64,000 bases of DNA from the human T2T-CHM13v2.0 reference genome, Homo sapiens. The stretch lies in NCBI RefSeq assembly GCF_009914755.1, contig NC_060925.1. One strand, written 5' to 3'. Under the pieces are notes generated by a model. The model did not search any database and was not told where the DNA came from. It saw nothing but the letters and a program-made list of their open reading frames with translations. The position numbers were made by a program, and so were the translations under genes. Below are positions 1 through 14,444 of this stretch, piece by piece; the stretch's first letter is position 1; the number at the start of each line of letters is the position of its first letter.

Positions 1-71
1 TGACCTCGTGATCCACCCGCCTTGGCCTCCCAAAGTGCTGGGATTACAGGCATGAGCCACTGCGCCAGGCC
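1..71 (-). mobile_element. Alu, 5' end of left arm (rest lies outside the window)
   Basis: tgacctcgtgatccacccgccttggcctcccaaagtgctgggattacaggcatgagccactgcgccaggcc is the reverse complement of the Alu 5' end. Confidence 0.95.
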
Positions 72-111
72 AACAGCCCCTAATTTTTAAACCTCTCCTC
101 CAGGACGCTTA

Positions 112-666
<555 letters not shown>

Positions 667-929
667 AAAGAATGGTGGCGCTCATGACTATGGCCGTGCT
701 ATGTGGCATTCACAGTACAAGCACTCTTCTCTATGAATGTAAGCCAGAAAGCAACACCATGATGTAGACAAATATCATTGATCAGTTGTTTAAAAGATCT
801 AATTTGATGCCTGGAGGGTGCTTTAGGGATATTACTTACTCTACGGCTATTGGACTCCAGCCCATCTCTCCCTTTGCCATTTGCCATCACTTCGCCTGGA
901 AGTCTCCTCTCCCAGACAGCCACATACAT

Positions 930-1255
930 CACCCAATCGAGCCTTTATCTGAGCCCTTACCTTGTCAGTTAGTTCTATGTGACCACCCTATTTAAATTTA
1001 TAATTCCCACTCAGCTAACGCAAGACTCTCAGTCCTGCTTACCTTCATCTACTTTTTCTTTTTTCCATCGTACTGACCACCAATATGTACTATAACATAC
1101 AATGTAAATTTATGTTTTCAATGTTTTTTCTTAATGTCTGTACCCCTTTAGGAAATAAGCAAAATGAGAACAGGAATTGTTTACTTTTACTGTTCATTGC
1201 CGTACCATAAATGCTCAATAAATATTTTGCTGAACAAATCAATTAATGAATGAAG
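930..1255 (+). mobile_element. L2 3' end remnant
   Basis: gaccaccctatttaaatt...atgctcaataaatattttgctgaacaaatcaattaatgaatgaa, typical L2 terminus. Confidence 0.7.
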
Positions 1256-2507
1256 AAACTGTGAATTTGGCAGTTGTAAAAAATCAAATATTTGAAAGAC
1301 TAGGACCACTTATATATAATACACAAGAATAAATGATGCTCATAATGATAATCCTAAAGCAAGTGAATGCTTATTATGTTTTTAAAGATTTCTTTTTCAT
1401 AATATTGTTAACATTTTTTTAATTGAATTTTAAATATATCTGGAAAAGTAACTTCATTAATATTAGGGCATATGACTTTGATTTACAAAAATATTGAAAG
1501 TGTGATAATGACCTTGGTTTACAAAAACATTGCAAGTGTGATACAATGAAATGTTAATTGAAATTGAAGATAGACCTATATTTAAATTTGTGCTCTATCA
1601 CTTTATAGACATCTCATCTCGGGTGTATCTTAATTTGAATCTTCCTTCTTTGTCTACGCTTTCCTGCCTCCCCTTCTTTTCCTTTCTAACCTATTTTATT
1701 TCTAAAAAATATTTTACAGTTGCTTACAGAAATACATAAATTTCTATAAGATTGTAGATTATTAGATCTAGATATCAATAGATAGTTGAATCAGTGCAAA
1801 ACATAAAGTTGAGATAGGCAAGACAAGAGAGAGTCACTACACAGAAAGGTTGTTCTTACCACTCTATTCTTAACAGACGAGGCATCATAAAATCACGTTT
1901 GAATTGCCAGAAGCTGAAAGTCATAACGGAATATTGACTGACAACAGACCCAGTCCTAACATTTGTGAATCCTAGGGCAGGACTGCATATGGAAGCCTAT
2001 ATATTACATGTTCAAATATTTAAATGTTAAAATCAATTCAGCATTTTAAGGAAATTTTGATTTTTACTTTGATAATACCTTCAAAGTAACAAAACTGAAA
2101 ATGTTTACATACTACACCCATACACACACACATATGTGTGTACAGAAGAGTAATATGAATTTTTTTTAATATTGCCAAAAGTTCCTGAGCCACCAGATGC
2201 AATAGTTGTGAATACTCTTCTAATTCATGCATCTTCCTGGGACTGTGAATAGGAACATGAAGAAGAAAATGGACTCTTGGTGCTACTGGGAAATGGTGTT
2301 TGTTATATAAGAGGCTACCGCCTATATTTAAGGATTACAAATTTTACTCTGCCAGTATGGAGTACTGGAACCTGAGTGAGAAAGGCATCAAATGCTTTTT
2401 AAGAAAGCCGAAGCCTCTCCTGCTAGGTTTAAAGACCATACTTGCTTAAAGATATCAATATCTCAGGAGAAGGAGACCCAGATTAGAGAGAGGTTTCTAT
2501 TTTAAGT

Positions 2508-2808
2508 TTGTTTTTATTTTTAAAATTTATATTTTATTTTATATATTTAAGGTAAACAACATGATGTTTTGATATACATATACACAGAGAAATAATTACT
2601 ACAGCTAAGCAAATTAACATATCCACCACCTTTCATAGTTTCCTCTTGTGTGTGTGTGTGATAAGAGAATCTGAAATCTAATCTCTTAGTACAGTTTCAA
2701 TACACAATACACTATTATTAACTATAATCTTCCTGCTATACATTAGATCTCTAGACTTACTCATCTTACGTAATTGCAAGTTTTTACCCTTTGACCTACA
2801 TCTCCCCA
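2508..2808 (-). mobile_element. L1MA (MA7-MA9-like) 3' UTR fragment
   Basis: aacatgatgttttgatatacatatacac...tacattagatctctagacttactcatc...ccctttgacctacatctcccca. Confidence 0.8.
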
Positions 2809-2849
2809 TCTACTTTAAGTTTTAGTCTCTAAAAGGACACCCAGATTGA

Positions 2850-3162
<313 letters not shown>

Positions 3163-3789
3163 CAGTCTAGTGATTTCTAAACCCAACTTAAACATTCAAA
3201 TAGCCCAGGAGCTTCAGATTGAGTACATCTGGATTAGGGTCTAGGAATCTGTTGTTTTAAACGTGTTTGAAGATTAATCTGATAAACTGCAGAGGCATGC
3301 TGATTCGTGATATTCTGTATAATATATTCACAGTTATTTTGACATAGCCATTGTTTTTCTCACTCAGAAATTAGGGAAATAATGCTACCTCTTATGAAGT
3401 AGGAGCTTTAAATAAAAATATATGCACAAGAGTGTGCAACAAAAAGCAGGTATTTCACAAAGTTAGTTTAATTTGTGTATCTGAAGCATGTGAATCCGAT
3501 TACATTTGAAGACATGGAATATTTATGTTTTACCTTTTCTTTCAGTGATTGATGAAAATTGGTTTTAGACCCTTGTTTATACATCTCCGGCTTACAAGAA
3601 AAATTTCTTCTTTTGAAAAATTGGAATAGAGCATAAAACCTCTAGCTCAGAAAAATTTTTATCTGCAACTTTTATTAAATTATTTTTTAGTTTTAGCCAC
3701 TGAGTCTTAAACCCTTTGTATTCCTATAGTTTCATAATTTAATCTGATTTTGATACGTTCAACAAAAAGGTTTTTCATTACAAACTTCA

Positions 3790-4470
3790 TAGATATTTAC
3801 TGTAGAAACTTTAGATGATGTAGATAATAAAAAAGAAGAAAGACCATATTGTGAATAATCTGACTCTTTAGAGTTCATCACTCATGCATTTGGATATATC
3901 ATTCCAGATTCCTTTCTGCAAAAGAGTCATTTAATAGACATGTGTATTAGGCCATCTTTCTATGTGTATTCATCTGTACATTCTTCATGATGATGTTTAG
4001 TAGCTTCATAATTATACAGATGCGCTAAAATGTATTCAACTAATACCAAACTGTTGGACATTTAGATATTTTTCTTTTATGAACAATGCTAGTTGTATAT
4101 ATTCGCATTTAAGTATTTGTCCAATTATTTCCTTAGGCTAAGTAGCAAGAGGAATTAGTGCTACAGCTGTCCAGTTGTTTAAAAAAGTACATATGCCTTT
4201 TTGAGTTTCAAGTATATGACAAATCTTTGGAATTGTCTCTTTTTTGTCTAATAAGGAACAAATGGTTAAGGGAATTGTCTCTTTTTTGTCTAATAAGGAA
4301 CAAATGGTTAAGTCATTGTTTAAATTTTCATTTCTTTAGTAAAGCAATATTTTTCTTAATTTATCAAGTATTCTTGCTTTTTTTCTTTTGTGAATTAACT
4401 CATATCTTTTGCCTGTTAAGACATTATTGTTCATTGTTTTGTATTTTATTTCTATGATAGTTTTATATGC
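3790..4470 (-). mobile_element. Old L1ME-like fragment
   Basis: degenerate L1 3' motifs, e.g. ctgttggacatttagatatt...aacaatgct...ttatttccttagg. Confidence 0.55.
4229..4312. repeat. Perfect 42-bp tandem duplication (2 copies)
   Basis: ggaattgtctcttttttgtctaataaggaacaaatggttaag at 4229-4270 and 4271-4312. Confidence 0.97.
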
Positions 4471-5063
4471 TAAAATGTCTAAGCATTATGACAAATGGCA
4501 AACTATAGGCAGAATTTAAGTATCATGTACTCAAGCAGTATGTGGCCCAAGGGATTTTTCCTTAGTTCATGGATTTCTCAAAAAATTCACCATTGCTAAT
4601 CTGGTCACCTAATTCTCCTTTGGACATCCACTTCTGGAATAGCAGGATCCACTTGGGCAATGCTTAATGTGCGCTTGGCTGGGTTTTCTTTGATGTGGCC
4701 TGCATTTTCACACTGAGATTAGAATCTAAAATGAGTTCTCCACTAAACAGCCTATGGGCAAAAGTTTACATGAGAGAGAAACAAAATTTATGTTTAAGAC
4801 TTGTTTCATGGGGTACACCTCCTGATTTGATTAATATTCATATCAAACCTGAGTCCATTTGGCTGTTGCAGAGAAATGTATTTGTTCTGACTGGTTAAGG
4901 ACTGCCAGAAGTGCCACATGTCTTAGGTGGTGGGACCAGTGATCCACTTCCCACTACACGATTTGGCTAGACAAATCTGACAGGACCAATTGTTTAGAGG
5001 TAATCCAATCTGCACACATTCTAAGATTAAATTTCAATATAAGAAAATTAAAATTGGCTTTAA

Positions 5064-5274
<211 letters not shown>

Positions 5275-5349
5275 TAATATAATAGATATTAACAGAATGT
5301 GTCATTAGAACTTTACCTCATATTAATAATCCATTATTTACTATTCATT

Positions 5350-5490
5350 TTATTTAAGCACCTTAATTAATGTTGAGCCTCAGTTTCCTCATCTATAATA
5401 TGAGGATGATAAAATTTAACTGATATGGAATGTTGATTATATAATTAAAATACTTAAAACCATGCCTAAGTTATAAGTTTTTCAACAAAT
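5350..5490 (+). mobile_element. MIR
   Basis: core gagcctcagtttcctcatctataatatgaggatgataa. Confidence 0.75.
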
Positions 5491-8400
5491 AGAAGCTCTC
5501 TCCAGTGAACTCCAGGATCCAGTAGAAAACATAAAGTGACTGATGTCTTTAGAGTTTTCTCTGATGTCTTCAGTAGAGGCAGGAGATTGCAATATATATC
5601 AAATTTCTTTAATATTTCTTCTATCACCTTTCTTTAAAAGAACTTTCTGTGTGGATTTAAGAAAATACAGTAGCCTTCCAAATAACCTTATGGCTGGTCT
5701 AGGAACATAGGTAAATAGGAAAATCTTGTCACTTATTCCCTAGAAATGTTCTGCCATATTCAATTCGTTATGAGTAAAGTGAAGTTCATGACATTTTATT
5801 TTAATCCCAGAATAAACAAAGGAGTTAAATCAATGTTGTATTTTTCTTCTGAAAGTTCTGCTCAAATGTATGTAAGATAATCATGAAGCCAAAATAAGAT
5901 TAATACACATTGCACATGGAAAAAATTTTAAAAATATAAACATACATTTAGAGTGGCATATGAGGTTGGGCTAATTACTTGTAATGTAAGATAGAGTAGT
6001 ATTTTAAATGAATGATTTAAAATAGAATTTTTTTACATTGAAACTTGTGGCTATGGCTGTCTAGAAACTAGGAAACTTAGCTGCAATAAGTTATTTATTT
6101 ATTTTGTTGTTATTTAGTTGAGACCATTCTTCCAGTTTCCCCTTCCTTCCACAACTGACATTTCCATAGTTTATTCATCTATGGTGAGTCTGCTGAGTCA
6201 GTATCACCTCCAGCAGTCCTTCCTGTCAGTCATTAACACATCCTTAGAAAAGCTGACTTGGTGGAAGATAAGAAAGCTTCTTTAGATGCTTAAATCTAAC
6301 TACAGAATGGTGGTGGGAATAGAAATCAATTAAAATATGGGCACCAAATAAACATGGAAGCAATTTATATGAAAAGTGTCATGGAAAGAGAAAATCTGTA
6401 GTTCTAAGAGAAGGAGTGTTGAGATTAAGTATGATTTTCTGAAAAGGAGAAAAATAAAAAAAATAAATATGATAATGAAAGGAACAAAAGAAAGGAAACA
6501 AGAAAACTTATGGACAATGTTGTAAGGTGGAATGGGGGCTCTTTAAAGATTTGTGGGGATGAAACTAACATTTATGAAGACTTTTTCTCTATGTAGAAAT
6601 AAAGCCATTGGAATACATTGTTAAGTCAAAATAGCACCAAAAGGCTGTAACCTCTTTGATCAATAGAAAACCAGTTTTTCATAAAACAGGTTTTCTATTG
6701 ATTGGTGACATCATCCTCATTAATGAATAAGCAGGAGGTCCTCAATGTACATCAGCCTTCACTCAACATTAGTTTTTGTTTCATGGTGTACATTATTGGC
6801 CCTTGGGTGGAAATAGAGCCCTGAAATATCTCATTGTCTTTTACTTCAATAAGTCCCAGAGGAAGAGAGTTGTCCAGTAAAGTTCTAGAATCTTGTTAGT
6901 GCTTAAGAGTGCACATTAGTAATTATAGTATAAATAAATTGCTTCCAATTTACTCTAGGATAATTTACACTTAGGTGTAATATTAATCCCTATCCTTTGT
7001 CCCCAGCTTTCAACCCAGAAGGTGAATAATTTTACAATAATTCACTAGATGGCATGTCTGGATTCAGTGTAAAAACAATCCTTCACATAGTAAGTCTGTG
7101 CATCTGTTTGGTTATGCTTCTTGGTACCTGATACCACATAACAGATAGGAAAAAAATAATAGTTGGTATCATGTACATTTGGTAAATACCAATTTTTAGT
7201 GATTTTTGCAGAAAAACTATAATAACATATACATGAAAATTACTATTTATTGAAGCATAATGCACAGTAATGTACATGTTTCCATGTAGCATCATTTGTC
7301 TACTAGAAGTGTGGAGCAAAAAAAATAAAGAAGTGTATCATGTAGAGCTTGGTGTACATGTTCTCAACTACTGCATGCTTTGTTTTTAAATAGCAATTTA
7401 TAATATGTCATACATTCCTTTCTAAAGTGGGAGATTCTTCACTACAGGATTATTTTAGATGGAGTGAAAGAGTTGCCAAGGTCTCCTGCTGTAGAACTTC
7501 ACCTCAAATGCTATTGAACATATTGTGTGAAGTCAGTGCATAGTGTTGGCAGCAAATATTTATTTGAAAATTTACAAATATATTTTATTTACCAAACACA
7601 TTTATTACTTGTAAATAGTTGGAAGAGAAATGGCTCCTAAGCAGTTTTCTAACATGACTTTAGATCCCAACTATATTGTACAATGCTGCAGTATCTTTAT
7701 GAAATTTGCATTGACATTGTTATACTTGTTGCTCATGTCATCTTTAATGTTTTCATTTTTAATTTTTGACTAATGCTAGTAAAATAATTCCAAAAGCAAA
7801 TAGCCCATTTTTTCTGTTGGTCCATTAGTTTTCAAGTGTTTTATTTCAATCTTTTGGTGACAAGAAATTTTTCACCATAAAGTTGATGTAGATTTTCATG
7901 AAAATCAGCTTTCTTGCAAATTAAGATGGAATACTCAGGTTGAACTCCGGAGAGCCCAGGATAATGGCAGCAGCAGAGAGAGATTTAATTGTCATCTACT
8001 AAAACATAATTTGCAGACTACCTCACACACATGAATCACTTCCAAAGATTGGGGGATAGTCCTAGGAATATGTTACATAATTATAAATTGTAAAATTTGC
8101 AAAATTATTTATTCTTTTTTATAAGGGAATAAATTGTATAAACTCCAAGCTTTGCAAGTACTATATCTATTTATAGAGAATTCAGATCTTCTTCTCCCTT
8201 TGCCAGGGAAGATTGCTTGCTTATGTAGGTTTCTAAGAGAAATGAAAATCAACTGATATCATGGCTTAATAAACTTTCAAAAATGAGTAGATTGTTTCCA
8301 GGAGAGTTTTCAAGCTGCTGGGTCTTCTGTTTTTAACCTTAAGTTCCAGTTATTATTTTCTGTTTTCAAACAATTCTTTTTGACTTAATGAAATAATTGA

Positions 8401-8869
8401 TATTGTTTATGTCTTGGTGATAGCCACATGCTTGAGTAGAATCAGCTTAGAAATATTGCTAATGATGAAATTGTAAATGTTAGTGTGTCAAGATATCTGT
8501 AAATGTCATTAATGTGTGTAAATAATTTAGGAAATTTATGTACCTATAATGGGGATTAATAAGAAAATTTATGTACTGCTAGAAATATATAATCAAAGAA
8601 GTGGAAAGCTATTAAAACAGATATTGAATGAAATCCAAGTATTTTCCCATGACTGGGCAGTTCCTCCATCCTCTGGGCTTTGGCTGCTTCTTCAATTTCA
8701 TTTTTGGTTACCACCTTCCTTACCTGCATTAGTGATATTGAACTATTTATAGTTACCCGAAAACGCCAAGGCATTTTATATTTTTGTTACTTTACCATGG
8801 TGTTTTTCTTTGCCTCAGATCTTCTTTGCTTTCTTATTTGCCTGGTAATCTTCCATCTATTGTTGAAGA

Positions 8870-9105
8870 TCCTGCTTTCTGAAACTTTCTCTGATTTCTT
8901 CAGCCTTCAGGACAGAGATAATAACACTCTCTGTTCCTTCTGTCCTTCATATATACTTCCAACATTACCAATATTGAAATTATTTATTTATGAATATGTT
9001 CTCTACCTGTAGACTGAAAACTCCTTGAGGACAGAACCAGTATATTATTCATAAAGTTCACCTGGAACAGAGCCAGGCGCATCAATACACATTTATTGAA
9101 CAAAA
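8870..9105 (+). mobile_element. L2 3' end remnant
   Basis: tagactgaaaactccttgaggacagaacc...caatacacatttattgaacaaa. Confidence 0.7.
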
Positions 9106-9357
9106 TTACTTGGATAAAAGTATTTACAAAACAAAATCTGTTCTCTCTCTCTCTGTGTGTATTTTTGTTTTACTTCAAAAACTAGGATCCAAAGCCCTCA
9201 GTACCTTAGAGTGAACTGATTCTTATTACCTTTTAGAGGCTACCTTCCAAGTTTGAATTCAGAGAGCTATCTGCCCTCAGTATTGACTGGATGATGTTTG
9301 GAGAGCTTTGCACCATCATCTAATAAATTAGAACTGCTACTAATATAAGACGAAGGC

Positions 9358-9743
9358 CTTTAGAACAAAGAGTCTGACTTCGTTTTTTGATGTTTGACTG
9401 CTGACAGCTTTTAAGCCTCAATCCCCCCTTCTTCCTTCCCCTTGCATGCTTATAAGAAGAGGTTCTCCCCCCTTTGGCATCCGCAGGAAGTTCAAACCAC
9501 ATGTGGGAAGCCTCAGCCTAGCCTCTCCCCTAAATACCATAAAAACTCCAAGCCAGTCTCTTTTCCCTGCTCTGTCAAGCCGTTTTCCTGATTATGAGTA
9601 GCCTGCATTCCACAGAAAGCTTCATAATGCAAGTTATAAACCTATTCACCCTCTTTTAATGTGTGAGTGGTGTTACCAGTCTCAATACCAAACCAAATTT
9701 TGCGTTGGAGTCCATCCGGATTCTGTGGAGTGTCTACGCAACA
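9358..9743 (+). mobile_element. Solo LTR, LTR47-like (ERVL)
   Basis: tttgatgtttgactgctgacagcttttaagcc...ccataaaaactccaagccagtctc...ccaaaccaaattttgcgttgg...caaca resembles the LTR47A consensus as recalled. Confidence 0.7.
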
Positions 9744-10142
9744 GCATCTCTCTAGATTATAATGAATTTCAAGGGTAACGGCCCTGGTAAATGATACCCG
9801 TCAGTGTCACATATTACTTCCCATCGTCCTTTTCATTTCCTTCCTTTATGTTTCTGTTGAGCAGGGTAATAGGGTTGTTTGCTTTAGATGTGATTCAAAT
9901 TATAACATGGATTATAACAACTTCCTGTCTGTCAAACCGGGTCATGCAATTGACCATATGCTCTTGGATGAAGTCATGTGGTCATATTGCCGCACATTGC
10001 AACTTCCAATTACAGCTGTTAAGTGTCTTTTATAATCATCTTTATTTCCAGATGAAAGAAACGTGTTATCATTGAATAAGCTCCCTGCTAAACATTTTTA
10101 TGCTTGAATTTATTCTCCTTAAAATAATGTGGTATTTGGTAA

Positions 10143-10597
<455 letters not shown>

Positions 10598-11407
10598 TGA
10601 TGCTTTATCTAATGTTTGAAATATCTTTTCCCTAAGGTTAACTTTTTTTCCCAAATTAAAATTCTTTATTGGATATTCAATTGCTTAGATTTGATTCGAA
10701 TCACTTATTAATTGAGTGCATACCTTGTTCTGGGCTCTATCACACATGTATTATTTTATTAATTTTCTTATTTGAAATTGCATTCAATGTGATGTGGTTA
10801 TTAAGAGGTGATATTAATTAGTCACTACAGCCATCTCCACAATGTCCTCTCCCTTCTACCTCATTTTCCAAGAGACATGAATCCTACAGTGGGATTCCCA
10901 AGAATACATTATTTCCTTAACAGGGCAATCTTTTAAATTTAAATGATTCTGTGGCTGGAATTAAGATTTTCATAAGGTCAAAGAGTCTAGATAATTTGAA
11001 GGAAAAAAATGTAGCCAGGAAGCTGGAATTGGCAGTCCAAATCTATGGGCTACCAGTCTGCCTTGTTTCAAATTAGGGCACAGTCCCATTAGGTACGCAC
11101 TCCAATCAAGACCTGATATACAGTCAGAGCGGCAGGAACGGCTCTGAGCTTTCCAAGTAGAAAATTATAAACCAGCAGCAGAGAGCAGTATGGAGCCATT
11201 TTTAAAACCAGAAAACCAGGAAGGCGAGCCAAAGAGCCCAGAAAGGGCTGGGGGAAGGGAAAGAAAAGGTCCAAAAGCTGTCCAAGGTCTTGATTACATT
11301 ATCTTTTTATATATGCATTTTTTTCCCTATATAGATAGCAAGTCCATGCTTTGGAGGAAAATTCATAAATATCTTTTCCTCCTGATCTTGTTGCTTGCTT
11401 TTTCTTC

Positions 11408-11410
<3 letters not shown>

Positions 11411-11455
<45 letters not shown>
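11411..11455. repeat. (TG)22 microsatellite
   Basis: direct read. Confidence 0.97.
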
Positions 11456-11457
<2 letters not shown>

Positions 11458-12094
11458 AGTATGTACAGGTACCTATCTATGTAGTCATATAGTTATTTTT
11501 TAACCAGTTTTCAACCATCTTTCTAAAGAACGAATGTAGAACTAAGTAGTGTTTCCTGCAGTGCAAGTCCATGCAGGATGTATTAATCAACATTTCATAT
11601 GCAGCCTGGATATCCACAGCTTTCACGTTCTTAGACAAGCTTATAGATACACTGTATCTACATCCTGATTTCCTCTAATATTTTCTCTTCAATTCCCCTT
11701 GGTAACTCTTTGAGTTAGAGGATGTTATTATATTGTTGATCCCAGTTTGGTTGAATTTCTATCCAATTTAAATCAGGATCAAATGCAGTGTTTGAAGAGT
11801 AAGCAGAGTATGTGAACACAGAGAAAGCACTCTCTCTGGCCCTGTCATATTGTCTGTAGATGAGTGTGCTTTCATTTAATTAAATGTTCTCTTTTTTTAA
11901 ATAAACAGAAACATTGATTTATGCCAGTGCCCTGTCTGCAAATGACACAATCTGCCGTTCTTGTTTCTCCACCATCATCATGAAATTCCAACCTTTGAGT
12001 CACATTAGCCTTGGGTATCCAATATAGGTGATCTTTTTAAAAAGCTAGGGCTTTTCTTTGCTGTTTTCAAAGTCTGTCTGGATGATTGCCTCTG

Positions 12095-12096
<2 letters not shown>

Positions 12097-12128
<32 letters not shown>
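12097..12128. repeat. (TG)16 microsatellite
   Basis: direct read. Confidence 0.97.
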
Positions 12129-12129
<1 letters not shown>

Positions 12130-13437
12130 ACAGGAAGGGTTAGTGTCAAAAGAAATGGGGGCTCCGAGAAACTAGATTAAGCATTTTTCATAATAGAACT
12201 CTCCTGTCTGGTGCTCAGTTTATTGCTCTCTTGATTACTGGGCATTGTTTGGCAAGAGATGGGTCAGGAGAGTTGCTAGGCTTGTCTTTTCCACCGGGGA
12301 ATCTTAAATAACAGCCCGAATTTCTCAGTGATGGGAGTGAATTAAAAGGTTATGCCACTCCTTCAGGCCACCTTCTGACCATGTAAGCACTGGACAGCTT
12401 TTCCAACAAGTGAAATTTCAGAACAAAAACAGATCATCTCCTAAGGCACGTATACTTGGATTTTAAAGAAAGATGCCGTGGCATTTTCTATCAAGAAGGT
12501 TAAACTCATAGGATTATATGAAAACACTCATTTTACCCTGGCTAACCTGTAAAGATTTCATTTTGCTTCATTTATCTTCTCTCTTACCCTATGCTAAACC
12601 ATCCCTGGCTTCGATGAAAGAATCATGTCTCCATTCATTTCCTATCTTGCTGAATTGCCTTCACATTTCCTATCATCTGCACATAATCCTATTCTCTCCA
12701 TTATTGTCTTAATACCAAGAACAGCACAAGATAATGGATAGGCACTGTAATAACAGCGTGGCCTGTAGGAGCCCCTCGAGGGAAATATCTTTGATGCTGG
12801 TGGAATATTAATGCATTCTAGGTCCCTGATCTTCCTCTTTCACTTCATCTTCTGTTTTCTAAACTACATAATGACTTTAATATACATGACAAAAGCATTA
12901 GAACAGAAAAAGCCTCATTGATGAGCAGCAGGGCTGTATGATATTAAGAAGTCCTATTCTTACTTCTTTGTACAATTTTTGACCACCATCTGAGATTGCA
13001 TGTGCAGGTAATTTCCGATTTGAATAGATACTAGTGTAAAGAAGCATAATCATATGGTGTTAATGCAAATGCCCATGAAAAGCACTGCATGAAAATAAAT
13101 TAAAATATAATTCTTCAATAATGCATTTGTCCATAGGATGATTTTGGACATATTAAAAACAAACACCTTGATATCACTTAGGCAAGGGAGTAAATTGTTT
13201 CCAAGGAGGCTAATCATCAGAAGATTATGAATGGGACAGTAAATCAAAGCAGCCTATATTAAACCTTGTAGATTGGGTTATAGTTATAATTTGTTGTACA
13301 TAATTTTTCAATAAAAGGGAAAGAATTGATTTTTTTCTAAGCATAAATAGTAGAGCCTAAGAAAATTCACTAGTGAATTAAAAAATAGAATGTTGGAGGA
13401 AAATGACTCAGTAGCATGATGACAATAGCCTTGATTG

Positions 13438-14009
13438 TGTAAAAAGTAAAGTAGAGGTTCTTCTTCAATGACTTTCCTTCCCATCTAATTAGGAATAAAT
13501 AGTAACTTCTCTTAGAAGCAAAATTTATTCAAAGACCTGTGCTAACATTCTTAAATATCTGCTAGCCATAATAAAGAAATCAATGTACTTTATGTTCTTA
13601 GCTCCCACAATTTAGCCTAAATATTTGCCCTGGCATGCTTACACTGGTCCGAGCAGGCATTAGGTCATAGCCTGTTCCTCTTCCTTATTTTAAAGTGTTT
13701 TTACCTTTTTCAGCATTCCAAAAGTTACTTCCTCCTTCCTTTGTTCTCCTCTACCTTTGCCTCTTTTAAACAGTTCTAAGTTGCTAGCCAATCGGGGTGA
13801 GGTCCCGTTCCAGCCAATGGAAACCGGACACAGCAGTAGCGTGGACACGTCAGGTTATAAATGACCATGTCTCCTTTGTTCGGTGTACTCTTGTGGCAAA
13901 ACTGCTGGCGAGTGTACCCTTTCTGCAGGAAGTAAAAATGGCCTGACTAAATTAAATTAATGTTCAAGTGGTATTTCTTTACAGCACCGGGGAACAAGCA
14001 TTTCAAACA
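13438..14009 (+). mobile_element. Solo LTR10C (HERV-I group, ERV1)
   Basis: tgtaaaaagtaaagtagaggttc...gaacaagcatttcaaaca; TG..CA ends; 4-bp TSD attg at 13434-13437 and 14010-14013. Confidence 0.88.
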
Positions 14010-14444
14010 ATTGCTTTAGGTGACATGAATGTCCTCAACAACCTGCAAGAAACAAAACTTTTGAAACTCCACCTTTTTTCCTCTTTCCTATTTTGCTTAT
14101 GTGCTAGTGGCCATTGTACTGTGTGCAAATTTGTATATGAGTAAGTTGGGATGCTTATAAAAAGGATGTCTGACCAAGTTACATTGAAAAGGGATACACA
14201 GAAAATGCCCCAGACATTTCCTTCTCCTTTCAAAAGGCAGCTCACAAAGCTTATATTTCTGTATGAAGCAAACTAAGAAAGTTGGTTGTGAAGGCTTTTA
14301 CTTTTGTGGATGATTTTCCTTCTACTTAAATGACATAATAAGGGCTAGTATCTGAATTTCTGTGTTGCAATACTGTTTTTAGTAATTCTATAAAAAGTCC
14401 ACTGGATAGGGTTGCAGGTGTTTTTGTTTTCCTTTATGAGTCAG

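Noticed and set aside
1950-2040. Possible hAT-type DNA transposon fragment (also MER5-like bits near 3170-3290 and 7990-8070)
   Set aside because: Too short and diverged to assign reliably by eye.
4229-4312. Direct repeats as a possible CRISPR-like array
   Set aside because: Only two abutting copies, no spacers, primate context; a simple tandem duplication.
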